A stretch of 63,059 nt of DNA, counting the filler, from Dicyema japonicum (Eukaryota; Animalia; Dicyemida), in the NCBI GenBank assembly GCA_011109175.1. It is 5 parts of 5 records of this genome, joined end to end, with 100 filler letters (N's around TTAATTAATTAA, not from the genome) between each part and the next. Parts side by side here need not be neighbours in the genome. Positions count along the whole stretch, not along the records: positions 29,312 to 56,328 come from RDEW01000049.1; positions 56,429 to 57,942 come from RDEW01000137.1; positions 58,043 to 59,382 come from RDEW01000290.1; positions 59,483 to 63,059 come from RDEW01000331.1; 1 more part is not named here. The stretch is one strand, 5' to 3'. This document shows positions 49,330 to 61,884 of this stretch, one piece after another (position 1 is the first letter of the stretch; each line of letters begins with the position of its first letter). A program made the position numbers and the translations under genes. The notes under the pieces are model-generated. The model worked only from the letters and a program-made list of their open reading frames with translations, was not told the DNA's origin and searched no databases.

Positions 49330-50130
49330 TCTTTAACGATCCACAAATCTGGTGGTAAACATTTGATGACCTTATGAAGTTGACCGTATACACTTTTTTA
49401 AGGGGGGATAGATCCGGCAGATACCCATCAGTAACCAATTTTCATGGAAACTGAATGATAGCGAGAATTTATTTATCACCAGCCTCTTCAAGTAAAATGG
49501 ACAGTAGGCTAACAGGAAAGTAGCTACCAAAAAGAGTTAACTTTCACTGAGTTGAACTTGTCTAGAATAAGTCCAATGCCACCACGCCTGATTAAATAAA
49601 TCTGGGAACGGTAGCCTGGCATTCGTTCCATCGCCACTAGCAAAAAAAGTTGAGACTGGGTATGTTGTTACAAATCTAAGGAGTCTTTCCACAAGCGAGT
49701 GCGCTACTTAGCAATTAACGAAGCGAGGACTCTCTTCTATTGCATTTCGCCTACACCTATAAATCTTGGCTTATTCAAAACGAGTGGATAAACGACGATA
49801 TAAAGGAACATCAGTTGTCAAGATATTTTCAAATATGGCATTCCGACTGCTGTTTGCAAAAGACCAATTCAGGAAGCAAGCAATATTAGCGAAAACGACT
49901 AAATTAAGTCCTATACTCCCCACCATGGACTCGGTTTTGCCGTTCAAAAGAGTATGTGACATCAATCGAAATTTATTGGCGCAAATACGTAAAGTTTACA
50001 AATCCCTACTTGCGAATGAGTTTCTTGAAACATTAAAGAGGAATTTCAAGCTGTCTTCAACCGTGTTTTCCCAGCGATGTATCCTACTCTGTTTATCGCA
50101 GGAGATTGGAATGCAATCTAGAAACTAATT
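49330..50130 (-). mobile_element. Old CRE-clade RT fragment
   Basis: NSSRNAIFE and ARLP...RGGIGL motifs on the minus strand. Confidence 0.45.
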
Positions 50131-50869
50131 TTCGATCTCTCCTAACATTTCTTGAAGGAGACATTCAATTCATTTAGAAAATTGGTAGGAACAAAGGTAC
50201 CTTAAAAACATTAAAAATTGGTGACTCAAAATCTGTTTAATTTAAACATTTCTTGAAGGAGACATTCAATTCATTTAGAAAATTGGTAGGAACAAAGGTA
50301 CCTTAAAAACATTAAAAATTGGTGACTCAAAATCTGTTTAATTTAAAGCAACCCATGGTTTTCTTCAAGTACATTCATTACCACCAATATTATTCATATG
50401 AATCTAAACTACCTTCCAAATATGAAGTTGGGAGAAGTGGTTATTAAGAGGGTCATCACAATTCGTCAGTATTAGGATAAAATTCTAGGATTAAACCATA
50501 TTGAGTCACAAAATTATCAAATGTCTTTGAAATATGATTAAATATTTTATGTCTAGTATAAGATGTATAGTGATGCTGAGGAAATTGAACGAGAAGCTGA
50601 GATCGAAATCAGAACTCGTCGTCATGAAACGAAATCTCATGGAAGATCAAAGAAAATCAAAAAAAGCTTTTAAAGTTGCAAGGACTTCTGTAGAAGTCTC
50701 CTGGATTTCCTAATCTATATAAACCGAAAAGGCCCGTAAGACTAAGAGCATCCAGTTATAAGCCAAACATGGTTGTGTGGGCTCGAGATAAGTATAGCTT
50801 TCTGTTGGAACGTTAACAAAAGCACGTGGGTTGTTAGTTAGGTGTTCTCTAGTTTCTGAAATTTTTCAT

Positions 50870-51620
50870 TCATTATTATTATTATTTATTTAAAAAACCC
50901 CGAAAAGGTACACAAATAAAAAAGGAGTAAACCAACTAATTAAGTGATCCCGGTACGCCTCAACAGGATCGAGAGGTTTTTCCTATGTTTCTCAAGAGTA
51001 CCCTCGGCTTTTTTGAATAGAGGGGTGGGTTTTCCCCCAAATTTCGTGTATTTCAGTAATTCTAAACAAAAGAAACGACTTGTTTCTTGACCACACAGAC
51101 CGATGAAGCCGAGACATTATTTTGATTGCGGCTGGTCAAAAATTGGGGGGAAAAGATCGGGGGGGGGGGGGGGGTAGATTCGTTAGACGTGCCAGTTTGC
51201 CAAATAGGGAATTGATCTTGAATGAATTTGACATCAAAGCTCCATAGGACCTTGAGGCACAAGCATACTCTATCGTCTGTTTTAGGAGTTAATTGAACAA
51301 GACGACAGCGCATTCCTGAGACGGCATGGATTTCAAGAGCAATTTGATTATATTAGTTTCCTGAGACCCTTTGTCATAACGTTCTTCACATGTTGGAAAA
51401 ATGTCAACAAAGGGTCAAATGCCAGTCCCAGGATAGTTGGACAATTTATAATGGTAAGGAGTCTCCATAAATGTTAAATTCCAGTGTATGTTTTCTTTTC
51501 TGTCCGTGGTGAAAATTGTATACGTTGATTTATTCCTGGAAATGGAGAGAATCAACTTGAACCAGGCTCTGCAAGCGATGATTAGGTCGTCAGCATAAGT
51601 GAGAAGCATTAATTCTGGTC
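50870..51620 (-). mobile_element. Ingi/I-like LINE RT and 3' remnant
   Basis: LLTYADDLII, KQTIEYACASR; ends near GGGATCACTTAATTAGTTGG...(AAT)n like the other 3' ends. Confidence 0.6.
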
Positions 51621-51869
51621 ATCCAGGCTATAAGATCTCTTCATCAATCTTATAGGCAGTGTGACATCGGCATGCGTAAATAAATTGATCCACGAAGTTG
51701 GTTTAAGCATTAAATCCGAAGGTGACAAGAATAGGATTTCGAGAAGTCCTTGTGATTTATGGAAGCGTAATATGTCACATAGGAAATCTGAAGCCTATGG
51801 GCAATCTGTTTTTTTACATGTTTCAATGGTAACCAGAGATATACTACATGATATGACTTTTTTGTAACT

Positions 51870-54800
51870 ATTAAATAAAAGCAACAAGCAAACATTTAAC
51901 TAATACAGTAATTCTAAACAAAAGCAACATAAATAAAAGCAACAGAGCAACATTCAACTAATTCAGTAATTCTAAACAAAAGCAACATAAATAAAAGCAA
52001 CAGAGCAACATTCAACTAATTCAGTAATTCTAAACAAAAGCAACATAAATAAAAGCAACAGAGCAACATTCAACTAATTCAGTAATTCTAAACAAAAGCA
52101 ACATAAATAAAAGCAACAGAGCAACATTAACTAATTCAGTAATTCTAAATAAAAGCAACATAAATAAAAGCAACAGAGCAACATTTAACTAATTCAGTAA
52201 TTCTAAACAAAAGCAACATAAATAAAAGCAACAGAGCAACATTCAACTAATTCAGTAATTCTAAACAAAAGCAACATAAATAAAAGCAACAGAGCAACAT
52301 TTAACTAATTCAGTAATTCTAAACAAAAGCAACATAAATAAAAGCAACAGAGCAACATTTAACTAATTCAGTAATTCTAAACAAAAGCAACATAAATAAA
52401 AGCAACAGAGCAACATTCAACTAATTCAGTAATTCTAAACAAAAGCAACATAAATAAAAGCAACAGAGCAACATTAACTAATTCAGTAATTCTAAATAAA
52501 AGCAACATAAATAAAAGCAACAGAGCAACATTTAACTAATTCAGTAATTCTAAACAAAAGCAACATAAATAAAAGCAACAGAGCAACATTTAACTAATTC
52601 AGTAATTCTAAATAAAAGCAACATAAATAAAAGCAACAGAGCAACATTTAACTAATTCAGTAATTCTAAACAAAAGCAACATAAATAAAAGCAACAGAGC
52701 AACATTAACTAATTCAGTAATTCTAAAAAAGCAACATAAATAAAAGCAACAGAGCAACATTTAACTAATTCAGTAATTCTAAACAAAAGCAACATAAATA
52801 AAAGCAACAGAGCAACATTTAACTAATTCAGTAATTCTAAATAAAAGCAACATAAATAAAAGCAACAGAGCAACATTAACTAATTCAGTAATTCTAAATA
52901 AAAGCAACATAAATAAAAGCAACAGAGCAACATTTAACTAATTCAGTAATTCTAAACAAAAGCAACATAAATAAAAGCAACAGAGCAACATTTAACTAAT
53001 TCAGTAATTCTAAACAAAAGCAACATAAATAAAAGCAACAGAGCAACATTTAACTAATTCAGTAATTCTAAACAAAAGCAACATAAATAAAAGCAACAGA
53101 GCAACATTCAACTAATTCAGTAATTCTAAACAAAAGCAACATAAATAAAAGCAACAGAGCAACATTTAACTAATTCAGTAATTCTAAACAAAAGCAACAT
53201 AAATAAAAGCAACAGAGCAACATTTAACTAATTCAGTAATTCTAAACAAAAGCAACATAAATAAAAGCAACAGAGCAACATTAACTAATTCAGTTATTCT
53301 AAAAAAAACAACATAAATAAAAGCAACAGAGCAACATTTAACTAATTCAGTAATTCTAAACAAAAGCAACATAAATAAAAGCAACAGAGCAACATTTAAC
53401 TAATTCAGTAATTCTAAACAAAAGCAACATAAATAAAAGCAACAGAGCAACATTCAACTAATTCAGTAATTCTAAAAAAGCAACATAAATAAAAGCAACA
53501 GAGCAACATTTAACTAATTCAGTAATTCTAAACAAAAGCAACATAAATAAAAGCAACAGAGCAACATTAACTAATTCAGTAATTCTAAAAAAGCAACATA
53601 AATAAAAGCAACAGAGCAACATTTAACTAATTCAGTAATTCTAAACAAAAGCAACATAAATAAAAGCAACAGAGCAACATTTAACTAATTCAGTAATTCT
53701 AAACAAAAGCAACATAAATAAAAGCAACAGAGCAACATTAACTAATTCAGTAATTCTAAACAAAAGCAACATAAATAAAAGCAACAGAGCAACATTCAAC
53801 TAATTCAGTAATTCTAAACAAAAGCAACATAAATAAAAGCAACAGAGCAACATTTAACTAATTCAGTTATTCTAAATAAAAGCAACATAAATAAAAGCAA
53901 CAGAGCAACATTTAACTAATTCAGTAATTCTAAACAAAAGCAACATAAATAAAAGCAACAGAGCAACATTTAACTAATTCAGTTATTCTAAACAAAAGCA
54001 ACATAAATAAAAGCAACAGAGCAACATTTAACTAATTCAGTTATTCTAAAAAAAAAGCAACATAAATAAAAGCAACAGAGCAACATTTAACTAATTCAGT
54101 TATTCTAAATAAAAGCAACATAAATAAAAGCAACAGAGCAACATTTAACTAATTCAGTAATTCTAAACAAAAGCAACATAAATAAAAGCAACAGAGCAAC
54201 ATTTAACTAATTCAGTAATTCTAAACAAAAGCAACATAAATAAAAGCAACAGAGCAACATTCAACTAATTCAGTAATTCTAAACAAAAGCAACATAAATA
54301 AAAGCAACAGAGCAACATTTAACTAATTCAGTAATTCTAAACAAAAGCAACATAAATAAAAGCAACAGAGCAACATTAACTAATTCAGTAATTCTAAACA
54401 AAAGCAACATAAATAAAAGCAACAGAGCAACATTTAACTAATTCAGTAATTCTAAAAAAAAGCAACATAAATAAAAGCAACAGAGCAACATTTAACTAAT
54501 TCAGTAATTCTAAAAAAGCAACATAAATAAAAGCAACAGAGCAACATTAACTAATTCAGTAATTCTAAACAAAAGCAACATAAATAAAAGCAACAGAGCA
54601 ACATTTAACTAATTCAGTTATTCTAAAAAAAAGCAACATAAATAAAAGCAACAGAGCAACATTTAACTAATTCAGTTATTCTAAATAAAAGCAACATAAA
54701 TAAAAGCAACAGAGCAACATTCAACTAATTCAGTTATTCTAAACAAAAGCAACATAAATAAAAGCAACAGAGCAACATTTAACTAATTCAGTTATTCTAA

Positions 54801-56328
54801 AAAAACAACATAAATAAAAGCAACAGAGCAACATTTAACTAATTCAGTAATTCTAAACAAAAGCAACATAAATAAAAGCAACAGAGCAACATTTAACTAA
54901 TTCAGTAATTCTAAATAAAAGCAACATAAATAAAAGCAACAGAGCAACATTAACTAATTCAGTAATTCTAAACAAAAGCAACATAAATAAAAGCAACAGA
55001 GCAACATTAACTAATTCAGTTATTCTAAAAAAGCAACATAAATAAAAGCAACAGAGCAACATTTAACTAATTCAGTTATTCTAAATAAAAGCAACATAAA
55101 TAAAAGCAACAGAGCAACATTCAACTAATTCAGTAATTCTAAATAAAAGCAACATAAATAAAAGCAACAGAGCAACATTCAACTAATTCAGTAATTCTAA
55201 ATAAAAGCAACATAAATAAAAGCAACAGAGCAACATTTAACTAATTCAGTAATTCTAAATAAAAGCAACATAAATAAAAGCAACAGAGCAACATTTAACT
55301 AATTCAGTAATTCTAAACAAAAGCAACATAAATAAAAGCAACAGAGCAACATTTAACTAATTCAGTAATTCTAAACAAAAGCAACATAAATAAAAGCAAC
55401 AGAGCAACATTTAACTAATTCAGTAATTCTAAACAAAAGCAACATAAATAAAAGCAACAGAGCAACATTTAACTAATTCAGTAATTCTAAACAAAAGCAA
55501 CATAAATAAAAGCAACAGAGCAACATTCAACTAATTCAGTAATTCTAAACAAAAGCAACATAAATAAAAGCAACAGAGCAACATTTAACTAATTCAGTTA
55601 TTCTAAATAAAAGCAACATAAATAAAAGCAACAGAGCAACATTTAACTAATTCAGTTATTCTAAATAAAAGCAACATAAATAAAAGCAACAGAGCAACAT
55701 TTAACTAATTCAGTAATTCTAAAAAAAAAGCAACATAAATAAAAGCAACAGAGCAACATTTAACTAATTCAGTAATTCTAAATAAAAGCAACATAAATAA
55801 AAGCAACAGAGCAACATTAACTAATTCAGTAATTCTAAATAAAAGCAACATAAATAAAAGCAACAGAGCAACATTTAACTAATTCAGTAATTCTAAACAA
55901 AAGCAACATAAATAAAAGCAACAGAGCAACATTTAACTAATTCAGTAATTCTAAACAAAAGCAACATAAATAAAAGCAACAGAGCAACATTTAACTAATT
56001 CAGTAATTCTAAACAAAAGCAACATAAATAAAAGCAACAGAGCAACATTTAACTAATTCAGTAATTCTAAACAAAAGCAACATAAATAAAAGCAACAGAG
56101 CAACATTAACTAATTCAGTAATTCTAAAAAAAGCAACATAAATAAAAGCAACAGAGCAACATTAACTAATTCAGTAATTCTAAACAAAAGCAACATAAAT
56201 AAAAGCAACAGAGCAACATTTAACTAATTCAGTAATTCTAAAAAAAGCAACATAAATAAAAGCAACAGAGCAACATTTAACTAATTCAGTAATTCTAAAC
56301 AAAAAAGCAACATAAATAAAAGCAAGAG
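51870..56328. repeat. 58-bp satellite, ~77 copies, running to the scaffold end
   Basis: Consensus AAACAAAAGCAACATAAATAAAAGCAACAGAGCAACATTTAACTAATTCAGTAATTCT; recurring variants (ATTCAACT/ATTAACT, AAATAAAAG, CAGTTATT). Confidence 0.98.
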
Positions 56329-56428
56329 NNNNNNNNNNNNNNNNNNNNNNNNNNNNNNNNNNNNNNNNNNNNTTAATTAATTAANNNNNNNNNNNNNNNN
56401 NNNNNNNNNNNNNNNNNNNNNNNNNNNN
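56329..56428. other. Artificial scaffold spacer
   Basis: 44 N + TTAATTAATTAA + 44 N. Confidence 0.97.
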
Positions 56429-57942
56429 TGAGTGTTAAGCTATGCACGTTTGAATCAAAGGTCTTTGGTTCGAATAAAGAAGTGGCCACTTTTGAGTTGG
56501 GATTAATGTATTGAGCTGAAAAAAGAAAAGCCCCGATGGTTGAGTGCTAAGGTATGCACGTTTGAAAAAAAGGTCATGGGATCGAATCCAGAAGAGGCCA
56601 CTCTTGAGTTGGGATTATTTTATAGAGTTGAGAAAAGAAAAGCCCCGATGGCTGAGTGCTAATCTATGCACGTTTGAACCAAAGGTCCTGGGTTCGAATC
56701 CAGAAGAGGCCACTTTGAGTTGGGATTAATGTATAGAGTTGAAAAAAGAAAAGCCTCGATGGCTGAGTGCTGAGCTATGCTCGTTTGAACGAAAAGTCCT
56801 GGGTTCGAATCCAGAAGAGGCCACTTTTGAGTTGGGACTAATGTATAGAGTTGATAAAAAAGCCCGGATGGCTGAGTGCTAAACTATGCACTTTTGAATC
56901 AAAGGTCCTGGGTTCGAATACAGAAGAGGCCACTTTTGAGTTGGGATTAATGTATAGAGTTGAAAAGCCCCGATGGCTGAGTGCTAAGCTATGCACGTTT
57001 GAACCAAAGGTCCTGGGTTCGAATCCAGAAGAGGCCACTTTGAGTTGGGATTAATGTATAGAGTTGAAAAAAGAAAAGCCCAGATGGCTGAGTGCTAAGC
57101 TATGCACGTTTGAATCAAAGGTCCTGGGTTCGAATCCAGAAGAGGCCACTTTGAGTTGGGATTAATGTATAGAGTTGAAAAAAGAAAAGCCTCGAGGGCT
57201 GGGTCCTATTCTATGCACTTTTGAATCAAAGGTCCTGGGTTCGAATACAGAAGAGACCATTTTTAAGTTTGGATTAATGTATAGAGTTGATAAAAAAGCC
57301 CGTGTGGCTGAGTGTTAAACTATGCACTTTTGAATCAAAGGTCCTGGGTTCGAATACAGAAGAGGCCACTTTTGAGTTGGGATTAATGTATAAAGTTGAA
57401 AAGCCCCGATGGCTGAGTGCTAAGCTATGCACGTTTGAACCAAAGGTCCTGGGTTCGAATACAGAAGAGGCCACTTTTAAGTTGGGATTAATGTATAGAG
57501 TTGATAAAAAAGCCCGTGTGGCTGAGTGTTAAACTATGCACTTTTGAATCAAAGGTCCTCGGTTCGAATAAAGAAGAGGCCACTTTTGAGTTGGGATTAA
57601 TGTATAGAGTTGAAAAAAGAAAAGCCCCGATGGCTGAGTGCTTAGCTATGCACGTTTGAACCAAAGGTCCTGGGTTCGAATCCAGAAGAGGCCACTTTGA
57701 GTTGGGATTAATGTATAGAGTTGAAAAAAGAAAAGCCCCGATGGCTGAGTGCTAAGCTATGCACTTTTGAACCAAAGGTCCTCGGTTCGAATACAGAAGA
57801 GGCCACTTTTGAGTTGGGATTAATGTATAGAGTTGAAAAAAGAAAAGCCCGGATGGCTGAGTGCTAAGCTATGCACGTTTGAACCAAAGGTCATGGGTTC
57901 GAATCCAGAAGAGGCCACTTTTGAGTTGGGATCAATGTATAG
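56429..57942 (+). repeat. Tandem array of ~14 tRNA-derived units (105-112 bp)
   Basis: Unit GCCCCGATGGCTGAGTGCTAAGCTATGCACGTTTGAACCAAAGGTCCTGGGTTCGAATCCAGAAGAGGCCAC-TTT(T)-GAGTTGGGATTAATGTATAGAGTTGAAAAAAGAAAA; starts at 56530, 56642, 56753, 56862, 56967, 57078, 57189, 57298, 57403, 57512, 57624, 57735, 57847. Confidence 0.9.
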
Positions 57943-58042
57943 NNNNNNNNNNNNNNNNNNNNNNNNNNNNNNNNNNNNNNNNNNNNTTAATTAATTAANN
58001 NNNNNNNNNNNNNNNNNNNNNNNNNNNNNNNNNNNNNNNNNN
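57943..58042. other. Artificial scaffold spacer
   Basis: 44 N + TTAATTAATTAA + 44 N. Confidence 0.97.
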
Positions 58043-59259
58043 GAATTTTTGTTATCAATAAAAAATAGACAGTTTCAAGGTTATTTAAATGTCATTAAAC
58101 TTTCAATTAATGTTAATGATTTTTTTGACATTAACCACATGAGTATAATTTCACGCCCTTGTGGTCCCTAACCTAGAATGATCCACAAAATCTCATTCTA
58201 ACACTTTTTTGAGAAATTAAATTTTTCTACCTCTTCTAACTTGGAGACCGGTCCCTTATGGTCTCTAACCCAGCTGTAATGTCATAAGTATCATTTTAGT
58301 AGAGAACAAGGCTGAGAGGAGATGTCAGGACACTTTTTTGAGAAATTAAATTTTTCTACCTCTTCTAACTTGGAGACCGGTCCCTTATGGTCTCTAACCC
58401 AGCTGTAATGTCATAAGGATCATTTTAGTAGAGAACAAGGCTGAGAGGAGATGTCAGGAAAATTGTCACTTTGTCCTCTGTGTGAGGCACAATGAGTGTG
58501 TACAATCAAAATCGTTAATATCGTATAGAATTTGAAGTCCTGGTTGTCTCGATTGTTAAAAGTATTGGTGGGCGTAAAAGTCTTAGCAGAGATTCACATG
58601 TTCAATTAAAAAAGTGGTTTGGTGCATATTTTGTCAGACAAGAGACATGGGAGAATACATATTAGCGATAATAAAATCTTCTTAATGTTAACCTAGATTG
58701 ACATAATTTTACTAGATTGATCGTCTAAAATAAAAGATTTCTTAAAATTGATGGGTCTGCAAAAGGAATTGTTTCATGTACAAGTATGAGTTTGATGTAA
58801 ACTTTGTTTCTTGAATTAGGGGATGTCTATTACTCAGGAAATTGTGTAGATGCCCATAAAGTTAGTAATAATTTCCATGCATGAAAGTCTTCACGCCTAG
58901 AAATGGAACAGGCAATTTCCACGTGAACGTATTAATATTTTCTCAGGTAAGATGCCCATAAAGTTAGTAATAATTTCCATGCATGAAAGTCTTCACGCCT
59001 AGAAGTGGAACAGGCAATTTCCACGTGAACGTATTAATATTTTCTCAGGTAATTTATTTTTTAGATAAATTTAGACAGTTTTTATAAGACAGCATCCAGT
59101 ATGTATTTTCGGGATTGATGAGCCTTCTAGGATTTATGCCATGTATAATTTCATGCTGTTCACAGAAAATTAATAATGTCTCCTATTCAAACAATACACT
59201 ACCATCCGGTTTCTTCACAATTATGTCAGACTTTGTTCTTGGCCCCATTAGCATTAATT

Positions 59260-59382
59260 ATTATTATTATTACCCCCAGGATCACTGGATCAAAGAGAAA
59301 GAAATAAAAGTTCTCATCTAACTAAGTGATCCCAGACCGACAAAGGTGAGGACGAGTCCGGCGGGGTCGAGAATCCTGAACA
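59260..59382 (-). mobile_element. Ingi/I-like LINE 3' end with (TAA)n tail, cut by the scaffold end
   Basis: Near-identical to 11570-11700. Confidence 0.6.
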
Positions 59383-59482
59383 NNNNNNNNNNNNNNNNNN
59401 NNNNNNNNNNNNNNNNNNNNNNNNNNTTAATTAATTAANNNNNNNNNNNNNNNNNNNNNNNNNNNNNNNNNNNNNNNNNNNN
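59383..59482. other. Artificial scaffold spacer
   Basis: 44 N + TTAATTAATTAA + 44 N. Confidence 0.97.
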
Positions 59483-60541
59483 GTCTGAGGAGTCGATTCA
59501 CTCACTACCTCTCCCATGTGTACCACGGACTGAGTGATTTGACCACCACCCACGTCGAGGACGAATACCGCGTCATCACCACTGCCGCCTCCAATGGGCA
59601 AACACTCCTGGCCTGACAGGGTGCTCTGTTCTCACATTCCAGTCCTCCCTCACCAACAATGACGGGGCCTCCTCTTTTGTGTTCGCCACACCCCGCGACG
59701 AGTCACACTCCACTGAAGGGGTCAGGTCTACTCATGGTTGGTGTCCTCCCCCACATCAGTCAATGTCGATACTCTCTTCAGTCCTGTCGTCCCCCCTCCA
59801 CTTAGGAGAGGGGGGCGTGTTCACTCCAGATTCCTCGGCCAAATTCGTCCGTCCTCCAGACCGAGTATTCACACCCGCATTGACCCATTCCTCTCCTGCC
59901 ACTCCTATTCCTGTGAGACACACACTCAGGTACCCCACCTCCCTCATGTAGTCGATCCCCCCGAGACAGCCGACAGTGAGTCCGTCCGCACTGTAATTGC
60001 CATTCCTCACAATAAGGCTCCCAATACTCTCCCACTCGACGATGACACACAGTCTGTCCTCACTGACCACCCTCCTGTCACACTCGTTAGTCCACTTGTC
60101 CTCATCCAAGGAAGACACGGATGACCACACTCCCGACTGGACTACCAATGTGCCCTCCGTTTGTCACCCCCCTCACTCCATTAGGACTGGGTTGGTGTCA
60201 TTGCCCACGACGAGGCTGTCCAGACATCCACTCAGCGACCATTCAGTGATGCCTACATCAGTGGAATGCCTGCCAAACGTCGGGAGGTCCCTTCTCTCTC
60301 ATTCCTCAGATGATACATGCCGACAAATGCAAGAACGGTGTGTCTTCTCCCGACGATTTGGTGTCATTGTCGAATGTGCGGGCAGGAGTGCGCAAGTGGA
60401 GTCGACAGTCCCCACTCTTCCCTCCCCCACCTCATTCGATCAGACCAGTCACTCCTCAATAGCTTCCACGATTATGTCAAGGACAAAATTCGGCGACGTC
60501 TGAATGATGACGAGGATCGTCCACCCAGATGGGGGTCTTAA
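59483..60541 (+). CDS. BAG6: BAG6 (Scythe/BAT3) 3' part with micro-introns
   Basis: Spliced PDWTTNVPS/DWVGVIAHDEAVQTSTQRPFSDAYISGMPAKRRE and SFHDYVKDKIRRRLNDDEDRPPRWGS* match the recalled BAG6 motifs EWVPIIQQD...PLSDAYLSGMPAKRRK and DIQKRLQEDPNY. Some upstream exon boundaries are tentative. Confidence 0.8.
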
Positions 60542-61329
60542 TGCTTTATTTTGTTGGCAAGTTAATCCAAGTTAATGAGAGTTGCCTTCCTGTATCAGTG
60601 GGTAGGATGCTTGGGTGTAGGTAGAGGTGCGTCTTCAATGGATCTACTTAGTGAGAGAGGGGAGTGCAAGTGGGTTAAAATAGGATGGTCAACCCAGGTG
60701 TGGGATAATAGTCAGTCCACAGAAGTGTTGTGCATTTCTTTTTTAGAATAGGTGAACTACTAGGTGAGGCACCGATAATTTTGTCATCAGACTGTAGGCC
60801 AATTCCCTTCTATTCCTATCTCAATTACTGAATAATCTCTCTACGTTTACCCTGATTGTTCTTTTTCTCCACTTAGACCCAGGGGCTGAGAGGAATGAGT
60901 TGGATACGCCTTATCCTGAATAGTGAGAAAGATTCGGGATATCCACGATTTAACCAAATGCCAGTTGCTCAAAGTGCCCTGATTGCAAATGGCGTGAGAC
61001 GAGTGAAAAACTGGTACGTTGTGTCGGCTTGTCGTCTATGACAAAGGATTGCCTCTCGCTGAGCAACACTTGTGTGTGACTAGCTTTACGCAACTTTCAT
61101 TACTATCTTGTTCTGGAGGTTGCTGAGTTGGTTGGCACATCTGTCAAAGTCTCAAACATATCACTATTGGCTAAGTACGACGGCTCCCTGCCCATTTGCA
61201 GATCACTGTCGGTAAAGCGGCGTAGTTTCCTGACGTGTTATTGCAAGTTGGTGTTGTACGGAGTGCTCGCGCTTGAGAATGCAGTGATTTTAATTCGCAG
61301 CTACTCGAAGGTGCCTCCTTTGATGTAGT

Positions 61330-61884
61330 CTAGTTCGGTGACATATTCGGGGACATCATCAAGGTGTTCTTCACCAAACTGGGGGTCATTGACGGTATTG
61401 CCTGTACCAAACTCATCATTGCCACCCTCATTGACGTATTCCTTCTGTACATCGCAGTCATACAAGTCCGACGAGCCTCAACTGAGGGATTTGTCCAGGC
61501 GACCTTCTTCGGACAAGAGTCGGGAATCTCTCGCAATCGTCCACCAGTACGTGGCTTTCGCACGTACAGTTCCCATTGCCAGTATATGTCGTTTATATAT
61601 AATTCAGCATAAGGCTCAATGAGTAGAAGTGACAACAGTTTCTAGTGTTATCAACGACACCAAGCCAGTACAGCATAAAAGCATAAATTTGCTATACAAG
61701 AGCTTTGAACAATATCGTTGCAGCCAGTCAAAATTCTAAACTTAGAGTCTCCCCAACATGGGAGATTACCGAGGAATGCAGTCCTTCCAGAGCACTCTTC
61801 CTTCGAGTCTAACACTCCTGCCCGGCACAACAAAATGGAGAGTATTGACGAAGTGGTATCTCCGGATGGGCACCCGCATTCCAC
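61330..61884 (-). CDS. Unassigned coding region, possibly NRF1/Erect-wing-like DNA-binding domain
   Basis: AELYINDIYWQWELYVRKPRTGGRLREIPDSCPKKVAWTNPSVEAR aligns gap-free by eye to NRF1 AQLRAFIPEMLKYSTGRGKPGWGKESCKPIWWPEDIPWANVRSDVR at P, P, W, N, R; weak similarity only. Confidence 0.3.

Noticed and set aside
53184-57532. Track ORFs inside the satellite and the tRNA-derived array
   Set aside because: By-products of periodic sequence; unit lengths are mostly not multiples of three and frames break at variant units.
51900-57942. CRISPR array or DGR interpretation of the repeats and lectins
   Set aside because: The repeats have no unique spacers, no cas genes are present, the lectins show no adenine-specific template/variable pair, and all RTs are eukaryotic non-LTR types.
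48297-59050. Similar 100-150 bp direct duplications without an n (1386-1688, 48297-48575, 48855-49050, 50145-50345, 58200-58460, 58850-59050)
   Set aside because: Two near-identical copies each, same pattern as the n-joined artefacts; cannot be treated as real without reads.
59756-60503. Track ORFs 59756-60148 (-) and 59997-60503 (+)
   Set aside because: Shadow or intron-read-through frames of the spliced BAG6 gene.
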